A stretch of 64,000 bases of DNA from contig DATNGJ010000026.1 of assembly GCA_035605915.1 (NCBI GenBank), positions 79,669 to 143,668 on the forward strand, read 5' to 3'. The DNA is from Usitatibacter sp. Its GTDB lineage: Bacteria; Pseudomonadota; Gammaproteobacteria; Burkholderiales; Usitatibacteraceae. Of this stretch, positions 36,377 through 44,151 are shown piece by piece. Within the stretch, counting starts at the first letter, position 1. The number at the start of each line of letters is the position of its first letter. Position numbers and translations under genes: made by a program. The notes under the pieces are model-generated. The model did not search any database, was not told the origin of the DNA, and saw only the letters and a list, made by a program, of their open reading frames with translations.

Positions 36377-36607
36377 ATGAGCAGGAAGGTCACCGTATAT
36401 CGCTTCCGCCGCTTCGTCGACGGCCGCGAGATCAGCCCGCGCCACATGATGGGCACGCCCGACGCGATCGCCCTCCTCGACCGCTGCGCGGTGATCTGGG
36501 ACACGGCGCGCGTCGTCGACTCGAAGCTGCTCGAATCCGGCTTCTACTTCGAGGACGCGAAGTCCACCTACACCGAGATCGAAGTGCCCGCCCTGGAGAA
36601 GGGCTGA
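36377..36607 (+). CDS. Hypothetical small protein (76 aa)
   Basis: ORF with balanced composition, but there is no clear SD and no recognised family. Its last codon and stop lie inside a repeat. Confidence 0.35.
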   Translation: MSRKVTVYRFRRFVDGREISPRHMMGTPDAIALLDRCAVIWDTARVVDSKLLESGFYFEDAKSTYTEIEVPALEKG

Positions 36608-36613
36608 AGGCCT

Positions 36614-36632
36614 CCCTCCCCCTGGGGGAGGG
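36614..36632. repeat. CCCTCCCCC-T-GGGGGAGGG hairpin (C5/G5 family) between convergent genes; candidate bidirectional terminator
   Basis: Seen directly. The block GGGCTGAAGGCCTC-CTCCCCCTGGGG recurs in inverted orientation at 57868-57906. Confidence 0.55.
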
Positions 36633-36637
36633 TCGCG

Positions 36638-37300
36638 TCATTCCTCCAGCGACTCGAGCAGCCGCTGCCTTCCCGAGCGGACGTGCTCCTCCGCGATGCG
36701 CCGCGCCTCGGCGCCGCGGCCCGCGACCAGCGCATCGAAGATCGCCCGGTGCTCGAGGTTCGAGCGGCGCATCTTCGCCGGATAGTTGAACTGCGACCTG
36801 CGGAAAAGGTGCAGCTCGTTCACGCACTCGCCGTAGACGCGCGCGGCGCGGCGGTTGTCGGAGAACTCGAGGAGCGCCGCGTGGTAGCGCAGGTTGAGCT
36901 CGTAGAAGCGGGCGCTGCGCTCCGACTTCGCCGCCTCGTCCATCTGCGCGACGAGGGTCGCGAGGATCTTGCGGCGCGCCGGCGTGAGGCGCTCGGCCGC
37001 GCGCTCGACGGCGAAGCCCAGCAGGAGCGCGCGCACCTCGTAGAGCTCCATCATCTCGGCGACCGTCACCTTGCGCACGAAGACGCCGCGATTGGGCACC
37101 GGCGTCACGAGCCCCATCCCGGAGAGCACGCGGATCGCTTCGCGAATGGGGCCGCGGCTCGTGCCCATCGCGCCGGCGAGCGTCGCCTCGTTGAGCCTCT
37201 CGCCGGGCTTCACGCGGCCCGACTCGATGAGGCGCTTGAGCTCGCCCACGATGTGCGAGGCGAGCAGGCGCGTGGGACGGGGACGGGTGGCGACGGCCAT
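36638..37300 (-). CDS. GntR-family transcriptional regulator with FCD ligand domain
   Basis: Start at 37300 (MAVATRPRPTRLLASHIVGELKRLIESGRVKPGERLNEATLAGAMGTSRGPIREAIRVL is the GntR wHTH). The C-terminal helical FCD-type domain has ...YHAALLE... and ..EHRAIFDAL... Confidence 0.85.
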   Translation of the reverse strand: MAVATRPRPTRLLASHIVGELKRLIESGRVKPGERLNEATLAGAMGTSRGPIREAIRVLSGMGLVTPVPNRGVFVRKVTVAEMMELYEVRALLLGFAVERAAERLTPARRKILATLVAQMDEAAKSERSARFYELNLRYHAALLEFSDNRRAARVYGECVNELHLFRRSQFNYPAKMRRSNLEHRAIFDALVAGRGAEARRIAEEHVRSGRQRLLESLEE

Positions 37301-37368
37301 GGGAGTCTCGGGTCGGGCGACAATTAACGCACACCGCGCGGGAAATGTCATCGGCCGCGCGGCTTTTG

Positions 37369-37398
37369 TTGACACTTTCGCGGGGCGCGGCCTACGCT
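37369..37398 (+). promoter_or_regulatory. Candidate sigma70 promoter for the ABC-transporter operon
   Basis: TTGACA (37369-37374), an 18-nt spacer, then TACGCT (37393-37398), about 24 nt upstream of the ATG at 37422. It lies in the divergent gntR/ABC intergenic region. Confidence 0.3.
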
Positions 37399-37421
37399 AC
37401 GCGTTCCTCGCAAGGCTCCCC

Positions 37422-38480
37422 ATGACGCACCTCGAGCTCGTCGACCTCACGAAGCGCTATGGCGGCGTCGGCGCCGTGGACGGCGTGAGCCTCGCGGTGG
37501 AGCAGGGCGAGTTCATCTGCCTGCTCGGTCCCTCGGGCTGCGGCAAGACCACGACGCTGCGCATGATCGCGGGATTCCTCGAGCCCGACGGCGGCGAGAT
37601 CCGCGTGCAGGGCGAGACGGTCTCGCGCGCGGGCCGCATCGTGCCGCCCGAGCGGCGCAACATGAGCATGATCTTCCAGAGCTACGCCGTGTGGCCGCAC
37701 ATGACGGTGCTCGAGAACGTCGCCTACGGGTTGAGGATGCAGAAGCGCCCGGCCGGGGAGCGGCGCGAGCGCGGGCTCGCGATGCTCGGCGCGACGCGCC
37801 TCACCGAGCACGCGTCCAAGTACCCGGCGGCGCTTTCCGGCGGCCAGCAGCAGCGGGTGGCGCTCGCACGCGCGCTCGCGCCCAATCCCGCCATCCTCCT
37901 CCTCGACGAGCCGCTCTCGAACCTCGACGCGAACCTGCGCGGCGAGATGCGCATGGAGATCCGGCGCCTGCACGAGCAGTTCGGCAACACCTCCATCTAC
38001 GTGACGCACGACCAGATGGAGGCGATGACGATGGCCGACCGCATCGTGGTGATGAACGCCGGGCGCATCGAGCAGATCGGCACCCCGCAGGAGGTGTACG
38101 ACGCGCCGCGCTCGCGCTTCGTCGCGCGCTTCATCGGCGCGAGCAACGTGGTCGACGCCACGCACCTCGGCGGCAACCAGGTCGAGGTCGCCGGGCGCGC
38201 GCTCGCGGTCGGGCTGGGCGACTTCGCGGGCGCCGGCCGCGCGATGAGCTTCTGCGTGAAGACGCACGACATCGAGCTGCTGGCCGATGGCCGCGTCGAC
38301 GGCGACAATTCGCTTCCCGGCGTGGTGCGCAGCCACGCCTACCTCGGCAGCCATCGCGACTACGTGGTCGACGTCGGGCAGGAGCTCCTGGTCGCCGCGC
38401 CGGCGAGCCTCGATCTCGCGCCCGGCGCGCGCGTGGCCGTGCGCTTCCGCCCCGAGCGTTGCCGGGGATTGGTTCAATGA
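37422..38480 (+). CDS. ABC transporter ATP-binding protein (PotA/FbpC-type importer ATPase)
   Basis: Walker A GPSGCGKTT, Q-loop, signature LSGGQQQRVALARAL, Walker B LLLDEPLSNLD, and a C-terminal TOBE-like domain. Confidence 0.9.
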   Translation: MTHLELVDLTKRYGGVGAVDGVSLAVEQGEFICLLGPSGCGKTTTLRMIAGFLEPDGGEIRVQGETVSRAGRIVPPERRNMSMIFQSYAVWPHMTVLENVAYGLRMQKRPAGERRERGLAMLGATRLTEHASKYPAALSGGQQQRVALARALAPNPAILLLDEPLSNLDANLRGEMRMEIRRLHEQFGNTSIYVTHDQMEAMTMADRIVVMNAGRIEQIGTPQEVYDAPRSRFVARFIGASNVVDATHLGGNQVEVAGRALAVGLGDFAGAGRAMSFCVKTHDIELLADGRVDGDNSLPGVVRSHAYLGSHRDYVVDVGQELLVAAPASLDLAPGARVAVRFRPERCRGLVQ

Positions 38481-38486
38481 AAGGCG

Positions 38487-38580
38487 TCGGATCCTTTTCG
38501 GAAATGGGGTCAGATTACTTTTCCGGAATGGCAGCCGAAACGAAAAAGTAATCTGACCCCATTTTCGATTTCGGGTCCGA
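38487..38580. repeat. AT-rich inverted-repeat element (perfect 21-bp arms) between the ABC ATPase and binding-protein genes
   Basis: AAATGGGGTCAGATTACTTTT (38502-38522) is the exact reverse complement of 38544-38564, with a 21-nt loop. The flanks show additional imperfect symmetry (TCGGATCC / GGGTCCGA). Confidence 0.8.
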
Positions 38581-38611
38581 GCCGGTTTTTCCATCGCCAA
38601 GGAGGAGAAGA

Positions 38612-39640
38612 ATGAAAACGCACTGGAAGATGACGCTCACGACGCTCGCCGTCGCGCTCGCCGCGGCCCTTCCCGCGGCGGCGCAGAATTCCGACGTCGC
38701 CGCCGCCGAGAAGGAAGGCAAGGTCGTGTGGTACACCTCGGTGGACGTGAAGGTGGCCGAGAACATCGCGCAGGAGTTCCGCAAGAAGTATCCGAAGATC
38801 GACGTCGAGGTGGAGCGCTCCGGCTCCGAGCGCGTCTTCCAGCGCGAGAACGAGGAGCACCAGTCCGGGATCAAGCATGCGGACGTCGTGAACACCTCGG
38901 ACTCCACGCACTTCATCACGTGGAAGAAGCAGAACATGCTCGCGAAGTACGTGCCGGCGGGCGTCGACAGCATGCCGCAGGAGTATCGCGACCCGCAGGG
39001 GTACTACGCCACGTGGCGCGCGACCCTGTGCGTGATGGGCTACAACACCAACATCGTGCCGCCCGACCAGGTGCCGAAGGGATACGAGGACCTGCTGCAG
39101 CCCAAGTGGAAGGGCAAGCTCACCAAGGCCCATCCGAGCTACAGCGGCACCTCGCTCACCGGCACCTACGCGATCGTGAACAAGCTCGGCTGGGGCTACT
39201 TCGAGAAGCTCGCGAAGATGGACGTCCAGCAGCTGCAGTCCACGACCGCGACGCCGAAGAGCATCGCGAGCGGCGAGCGGGCGGTGATGGTGGACGGCAA
39301 CGAGTACAACATGTTCATCGAGATCCACAAGAAGAGCCCGGTGAAGATCATCTACCCCGTCGAAGGCACGCCGTTCGTCTCCTCGCCGGTCGCGGTCTTC
39401 GCCGACGCGCCGCATCCGCACGCCGCGCGCCTCTTCGCCGACTTCCTCTTCAGCGTTCCGGTGCAGCAGTATCTGGTCGACAAGGGCGGCCTGCGCTCGG
39501 TCGTGCCGGGCGTGAAGGATCCCGCGGACCGCACGCCGCTCAAGGACATCAAGGTGATTCCCGACGATCCCGAGGGATTGCTGCCCAAGGTGGACGAGAT
39601 CAAGAAGCGCTACGCGGCGCTGTTCGGCGGCGGGAAGTAA
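38612..39640 (+). CDS. ABC transporter periplasmic substrate-binding protein (SBP family 1, Fe3+/polyamine-like fold)
   Basis: GGAGGAG lies upstream of the ATG. Signal peptide (..AAALPAAAQ), then VVWYTSVDVKVAENIAQEFRKKYPKIDVEV, typical of this SBP class. Confidence 0.85.
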   Translation: MKTHWKMTLTTLAVALAAALPAAAQNSDVAAAEKEGKVVWYTSVDVKVAENIAQEFRKKYPKIDVEVERSGSERVFQRENEEHQSGIKHADVVNTSDSTHFITWKKQNMLAKYVPAGVDSMPQEYRDPQGYYATWRATLCVMGYNTNIVPPDQVPKGYEDLLQPKWKGKLTKAHPSYSGTSLTGTYAIVNKLGWGYFEKLAKMDVQQLQSTTATPKSIASGERAVMVDGNEYNMFIEIHKKSPVKIIYPVEGTPFVSSPVAVFADAPHPHAARLFADFLFSVPVQQYLVDKGGLRSVVPGVKDPADRTPLKDIKVIPDDPEGLLPKVDEIKKRYAALFGGGK

Positions 39641-39644
39641 TCGC

Positions 39645-41432
39645 TTGAAAGCCAACGTCGTTCCCGCCCCCGACGAAGTCGCCCGGGGGCAGGCTGCGTC
39701 GGCAACCCGTCCGATCTCCGCTTCGACGGTACCGGGGTTCCGGTCGGCACGGGAACGGCGTTTCTCCTTCGATCCCACCGCGCCCTTCTCGATCGCGATG
39801 GCGCTCGTCCTCGCGGTGCTGGTGCTGCTGCCGTTGGGCTGGCTCGCGGTCACGAGCGTCACCGACGATTCGCACGTCCACTTCACGCTGCGCAATTATC
39901 GGTCGCTTTTCCTCGACCGCGAGCTCCTCGAACCCTTCTGGGTGACGCTGTGGACCTCGGCGGCGGTGGGATCGCTCTGCGTCGTCTTCGCCGCGCCGAT
40001 GGCCTGGCTGGTGTCGCGCACCGACCTTCCCGCCAAGCGCCTGCTGCGCATGCTGATCCTCGCCTCGTTCGCGACGCCGCCCTTTCTCGGCGCTTTCGCA
40101 TGGGTCCTCCTGGGCGGGCCGAACGCCGGCCTCGTGAACAAGGCGTACTACGCGCTCTTCCACCTGCGTCCCTTCGACGCATCCCCGCTGGTGAACATCT
40201 TCTCGGCGTGGGGCATCGTGTTCGTCACGGCGCTCTACACGTTCCCGTACGTCTTCACCTTCGTCGCGACGAGCCTCGACCACATCCCGAGCGACCTGGA
40301 GGAGGCTTCCGCGATCCTCGGCGCGCGCTGGTGGCGCACCGCGATCGACGTGACGCTGCCGCTCGCGATGCCCGCGCTCCTCGCCGGCTTCCTCGTGGCG
40401 TTCCTGCAGTCGATGACGCTGTTCGGCCCCGCGGCGATCCTCGCGCTGCCCGCGAGCATCGACACGATGACCACCAAGATCTGGAGCTTCTTCCAGTTCC
40501 CGCCCAAGCTCGGGCTCGCGGCCGCCGCCTCGCTCCCGCTCCTCGTGATCACCGTGGTGCTCCTGCGCGTGCAGGCGGCGGTGATGGGCAAGCGCGGCTA
40601 TTCCGTGCTCGGCGGCAAGAGCACCGGCGAGCGACGGGTCCGCCTCGGCGCGTGGAAGGTGGTGGCGCTCGCGCCCTTCGCATTGGTCCTCGCCTGCTCG
40701 GTGCTGCTTCCCTACGGCGTGCTCGCGTGGACGGCGTTCGTGAAGAATTATTCGGCTCCGGTCGCGGGCAACTTCACGTTCGACAACTGGCGCTTCGTGT
40801 TCCTCGAGTTCAGCCAGACCCGGCTCGCGCTCACCAACACCTTCCTCCTCGGCGTTTGCGCCGCGACCGCGGGCACGATCCTCGCGACCGCGATCGGATA
40901 CCTGAGCCTGCGCAAGCTCGTGTGGGGCCATCGCTCGCTCTCGTTCCTCGCGACCGCCCCCGTGGCGATTCCCGGCATCGTGCTCGCCGTGGGGCTCTTC
41001 CTCGCGTACACGCATGCGCCGCTCGTGCTCTACGGCACGCTCGGCATCATCTTCCTCGCCTACCTCACGAAGGAGATGCCGGTGGGCTACCAGCAGGTGA
41101 GCTCGTCCCTCAGGTCCGTGCACCCGGAGCTCGAGGACGCGAGCCGCATCTTCGGGGCCACGCGGCTGCGCGCGCTCGTGGACGTGACGGCGCCGCTCAT
41201 CCGCAACGGCGTGATCGCGACCTGGATGTTCATCTTCATCGGCTCCATCCGCGAGCTTTCCGCGACCATCCTGCTCTTCACCGCGAAGACGAAGACGGTG
41301 TCGGTCACCATGTTCGACCTGCGCGAGAGCAACGACTGGGGCCCGATCGCGGTCCTCGCCCTCAGCATGCTCGCGATCACCTTCGCGATGATCCTCGCGA
41401 TCCAGTTCTTCACCGACCGGAGGAGCGCTTGA
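39645..41432 (+). CDS. ABC transporter permease, fused two-domain (12 TMS) type
   Basis: 595 aa with two BPD_transp_1-type halves, each carrying an EAA-like loop (LEEASAILGARWW..; LEDASRIFGATRL..). The listed TTG start at 39645 is uncertain. Confidence 0.8.
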   Translation: MKANVVPAPDEVARGQAASATRPISASTVPGFRSARERRFSFDPTAPFSIAMALVLAVLVLLPLGWLAVTSVTDDSHVHFTLRNYRSLFLDRELLEPFWVTLWTSAAVGSLCVVFAAPMAWLVSRTDLPAKRLLRMLILASFATPPFLGAFAWVLLGGPNAGLVNKAYYALFHLRPFDASPLVNIFSAWGIVFVTALYTFPYVFTFVATSLDHIPSDLEEASAILGARWWRTAIDVTLPLAMPALLAGFLVAFLQSMTLFGPAAILALPASIDTMTTKIWSFFQFPPKLGLAAAASLPLLVITVVLLRVQAAVMGKRGYSVLGGKSTGERRVRLGAWKVVALAPFALVLACSVLLPYGVLAWTAFVKNYSAPVAGNFTFDNWRFVFLEFSQTRLALTNTFLLGVCAATAGTILATAIGYLSLRKLVWGHRSLSFLATAPVAIPGIVLAVGLFLAYTHAPLVLYGTLGIIFLAYLTKEMPVGYQQVSSSLRSVHPELEDASRIFGATRLRALVDVTAPLIRNGVIATWMFIFIGSIRELSATILLFTAKTKTVSVTMFDLRESNDWGPIAVLALSMLAITFAMILAIQFFTDRRSA

Positions 41433-42451
41433 AAGACCTTCCCGTCCTGGGCCTCATGCTCGGCGACTGCACCGGCATCGGCCCGGAGCAATGCGCACGC
41501 ATCCTCGCGGACCGCCGCATGGCGCCTCATGCCCGCCTGCTCGTGGTGGGCGACGCGCGCGTGCTCGAGCAGGGCGCGCGCGACGCGAACGTGAAGCTCA
41601 GGATGCGCGCGTATCCCGCCGCCGAGGCGGTCGAATGGTCGCGCGCCGACGAGGTACCGATGCTCGACCTGGCGAACCTGGACCCCGCAAGCATCCCGCG
41701 CGGGAAGATGTCGCCGGAGTCGGGGCGCCTCACCGGCGAGACGCTCGCCTTCCTCGTGGAGCTGGCGCTCGCGAGGCGCGTCGACGGCATCACCTTCGCG
41801 CCCCTCAACAAGGCGGCGCTGCACGCGGGCGGCTGGAAATTCAACGACGAGCACCAGATGTTCGCCCATCTCACGAAGCACCGCGGCTACTTCGGCGAGA
41901 TGAACGTGCTGGACGACAAGTGGATGTCGCGCGCCACTTCGCACGTATCGCTGCGCACCGCGATCGAGCAGATCACGCAGCAGCGCATCGAAGAGGCGCT
42001 CACGCTCGCCGACGCGACGATGCGCGGCGCGGGCTTCGAGCGGCCGCGCATCGCGGTCGCCGCCCTCAACCCGCACGGCGGCGAGAACGGGCTCTTCGGG
42101 CGCGAGGAGATCGAGATCATCGCGCCGGCGGTCGCGGCCGCCGCGGCGCGCGGCATCGCGTGCCGGGGCCCCTTCCCCGCCGACACGGTCTTCATCAAGG
42201 GCTTCGGCGACGACTTCGACGGCGTGCTCAGCATGTACCACGACCAGGGACAGATCGCGACCAAGCTCAAGGGCTTCAACCGCGGCGTCACCGTCACCGG
42301 GGGCCTCGCCACCGTCTTCACCACGCCGGCGCACGGCACCGCCTTCGACATCGTCGGCAAGGGCGTCGCGACCACCGGCGCGCTCGAGAACGCGATCCGC
42401 CTGGGCAGCCGCCTCGCCGCCTCGCGCAGGCACGTCATTCCCGTCACCTGA
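41429..42451 (+). CDS. PdxA-family NAD-dependent dehydrogenase (4-hydroxythreonine-4-phosphate dehydrogenase-like)
   Basis: TTG start at 41429, with GGAGG at 41420-41424, overlapping the permease stop. (M)KDLPVLGLMLGDCTGIGPE...FAPLNK...NPHGGENG...MYHDQG...TPAHGTAFDI are the PdxA signatures. Confidence 0.8.
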   Translation: MKDLPVLGLMLGDCTGIGPEQCARILADRRMAPHARLLVVGDARVLEQGARDANVKLRMRAYPAAEAVEWSRADEVPMLDLANLDPASIPRGKMSPESGRLTGETLAFLVELALARRVDGITFAPLNKAALHAGGWKFNDEHQMFAHLTKHRGYFGEMNVLDDKWMSRATSHVSLRTAIEQITQQRIEEALTLADATMRGAGFERPRIAVAALNPHGGENGLFGREEIEIIAPAVAAAAARGIACRGPFPADTVFIKGFGDDFDGVLSMYHDQGQIATKLKGFNRGVTVTGGLATVFTTPAHGTAFDIVGKGVATTGALENAIRLGSRLAASRRHVIPVT

Positions 42452-42552
42452 GCTTGATCCCGTACCTGAACGTCATTCCCATACCTGAACGTCATCCCGT
42501 ACCTGAACGTCATTCCCATACCTGAACGTCATTCCCGCGAAGGCGGGAATCC
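42432..42552. repeat. Tandem 18-19 bp repeat (about 4.5 copies of TACCTGAACGTCAT(T)CCC) ending in a complete REP hairpin
   Basis: The units start at 42462, 42481, 42499 and 42518, with a partial unit at 42432-42450 inside the end of the pdxA-like CDS. The terminal GTCATTCCCGCGAAGGCGGGAATCC is at 42528-42552. Confidence 0.85.
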
Positions 42553-42574
42553 ACCCCGACCAACGCGATCGAAC

Positions 42575-44047
42575 ATGGCCACCACCGCCCCCGAAAAGAC
42601 GAAGGTTTCTCCCGTCACCGATTACGTCGCCGGATTCGTCGCCTCGACGAGCCTCGCCGACATCCCGAAGGACGTCGCGCACCTCGGCAAGCGCTCGGTG
42701 CTCGACGGCATCGGGCTCGCGCTCGCCGGCGCCGCCTCGGAATGCGGGCGCATCGCGCAGCGCTACCTGCGCCAGCTCGGCATCGAGAGCGCGAAGGGGA
42801 GCACCGTGATCGGCACCGACCAGCGCCTTCCCGCGCGCTTCGCGGCCTTCGCCAACGGGCTCGCGATCCATGCCGACGACTACGACGACACCCAGCTCGC
42901 GGTCGCGAAGGATCGGGTGTACGGCCTGCTTACGCATCCAACCGCGCCGGCGCTTCCGCCCGTGCTCGCGCTCGCGGAGCGCGACGCGAGGAGCGGCGCG
43001 GACCTGATGCTCGCCTACCAGGTCGGCGTCGAGGTCGAATGCAAGGTCGCCGAGGCGATCCTGCCGCGGCACTACCAGGCCGGCTTCCACAGCACCGCGA
43101 CCTGCGGCTCGATCGGCGCGGCGGCGGGCGCCGCGAAGCTCCTGGGCCTGGATCGCGAGGCGACGCGGCGCGCGCTCTCGCTCGGCGCGACGCAGGCGGG
43201 CGGGCTGCGCGAGAACTTCGGCACCATGACGAAGCCCTTCCACGCCGGGCGCGCCGCGGAGAACGGCCTGGTGGCGGCGGAGATCGCGGCGCTCGGCTTC
43301 ACCGCATCGCCCAACGGCCTGGAGGCCGACCGCGGCTTCTTCCGCGCGGCGGGGGGCGGCTACAGCGCGGAAATGATCGAAGGCAAGCTCGGCGATCCGT
43401 GGACCTTCCACTTCCCCGGCGTCTCGATCAAGCCGCATCCGTCCGGCTCGCTCACGCACCCGGGAATGGGCGCGATGCTCGAGCTCATCGTGAAGAACGA
43501 CGTGAAGCCGCAGCAGGTGAAGCGCGTCACGGTCGGCACCAACCACAACATGCCGAACGCCCTCATCCACCACCGGCCGCGGAACGAGCTGCAGGCCAAG
43601 TTCTCCATGGAATTCTGCATGGCGATCCTCCTCCTCGAGCGCAAGGCCGGGCTGCAGCAGTTCACCGACGAGGTCGTGAACCGGCCCGACGTGCAGGCGA
43701 TGGTCGAGAAGGTGCGCTTCGGCGTGAACGAGGAAGCCGAGGCCGCCGGCTTCGACAAGATGACCACCATCATCGAGGTGGAGCTCGTCGACGGCAAGGT
43801 GCTCCGGACCCGCGCCGACTTCGGCAAGGGCAGCCCGGCGAATCCGATGAGCGACGCGGAACTTTCGGAAAAATTCCGCGAGTGCGCCTCCTGGGGCGGC
43901 CTCGAGCGCGACCGCGTCGAGCAGGTGCTGAAGGTGATCTGGAACATCGAGGAGCTCGCCGACGTGAACGAGCTCACCCGGCTGCTGCGGGGAAAAGTCC
44001 TTGGAAGCGCCGATGCCCGCCGATCCAACGCCGATGCCCGCCGATAA
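42575..44047 (+). CDS. MmgE/PrpD-family protein (2-methylcitrate dehydratase superfamily)
   Basis: ...DGIGLALAGA...AFANGLAIHADDYDDT...HPTAP..PA.LALAE...GFHSTATCGSIGAAAGAAKLLGL...TKPFHAGRAAENG... are family signatures. The C-terminal tail SADARRSNADARR is encoded by a repeat. Confidence 0.85.
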   Translation: MATTAPEKTKVSPVTDYVAGFVASTSLADIPKDVAHLGKRSVLDGIGLALAGAASECGRIAQRYLRQLGIESAKGSTVIGTDQRLPARFAAFANGLAIHADDYDDTQLAVAKDRVYGLLTHPTAPALPPVLALAERDARSGADLMLAYQVGVEVECKVAEAILPRHYQAGFHSTATCGSIGAAAGAAKLLGLDREATRRALSLGATQAGGLRENFGTMTKPFHAGRAAENGLVAAEIAALGFTASPNGLEADRGFFRAAGGGYSAEMIEGKLGDPWTFHFPGVSIKPHPSGSLTHPGMGAMLELIVKNDVKPQQVKRVTVGTNHNMPNALIHHRPRNELQAKFSMEFCMAILLLERKAGLQQFTDEVVNRPDVQAMVEKVRFGVNEEAEAAGFDKMTTIIEVELVDGKVLRTRADFGKGSPANPMSDAELSEKFRECASWGGLERDRVEQVLKVIWNIEELADVNELTRLLRGKVLGSADARRSNADARR

Positions 44048-44148
44048 GAAAATGCGGGAGAGCCGAATGTCATGCGCCCCACTTCCGCACGAGCACGAGC
44101 CCTTCTCCGATCGGCGTTCATCGGCCTCGCATCGGCGAACATCGGCGC
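44007..44148. repeat. 142-bp element: 39-bp imperfect inverted repeats built from GCCGAT(G) modules, flanking a 64-bp core
   Basis: The left arm (44007-44045) matches the reverse complement of the right arm (44110-44148) at 32 of 39 positions. Four GCCGAT modules per arm are conserved and spaced 10-11 bp apart, while the spacers between them are variable. Confidence 0.8.
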
Positions 44149-44151
44149 TCC

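Noticed and set aside
42462-42536. The tandem 18-19 bp repeats, considered as a possible CRISPR array.
   Set aside because: The units are directly contiguous with no spacers and are too short. They are derived from the flanking REP hairpin, and no cas genes are present in the window.
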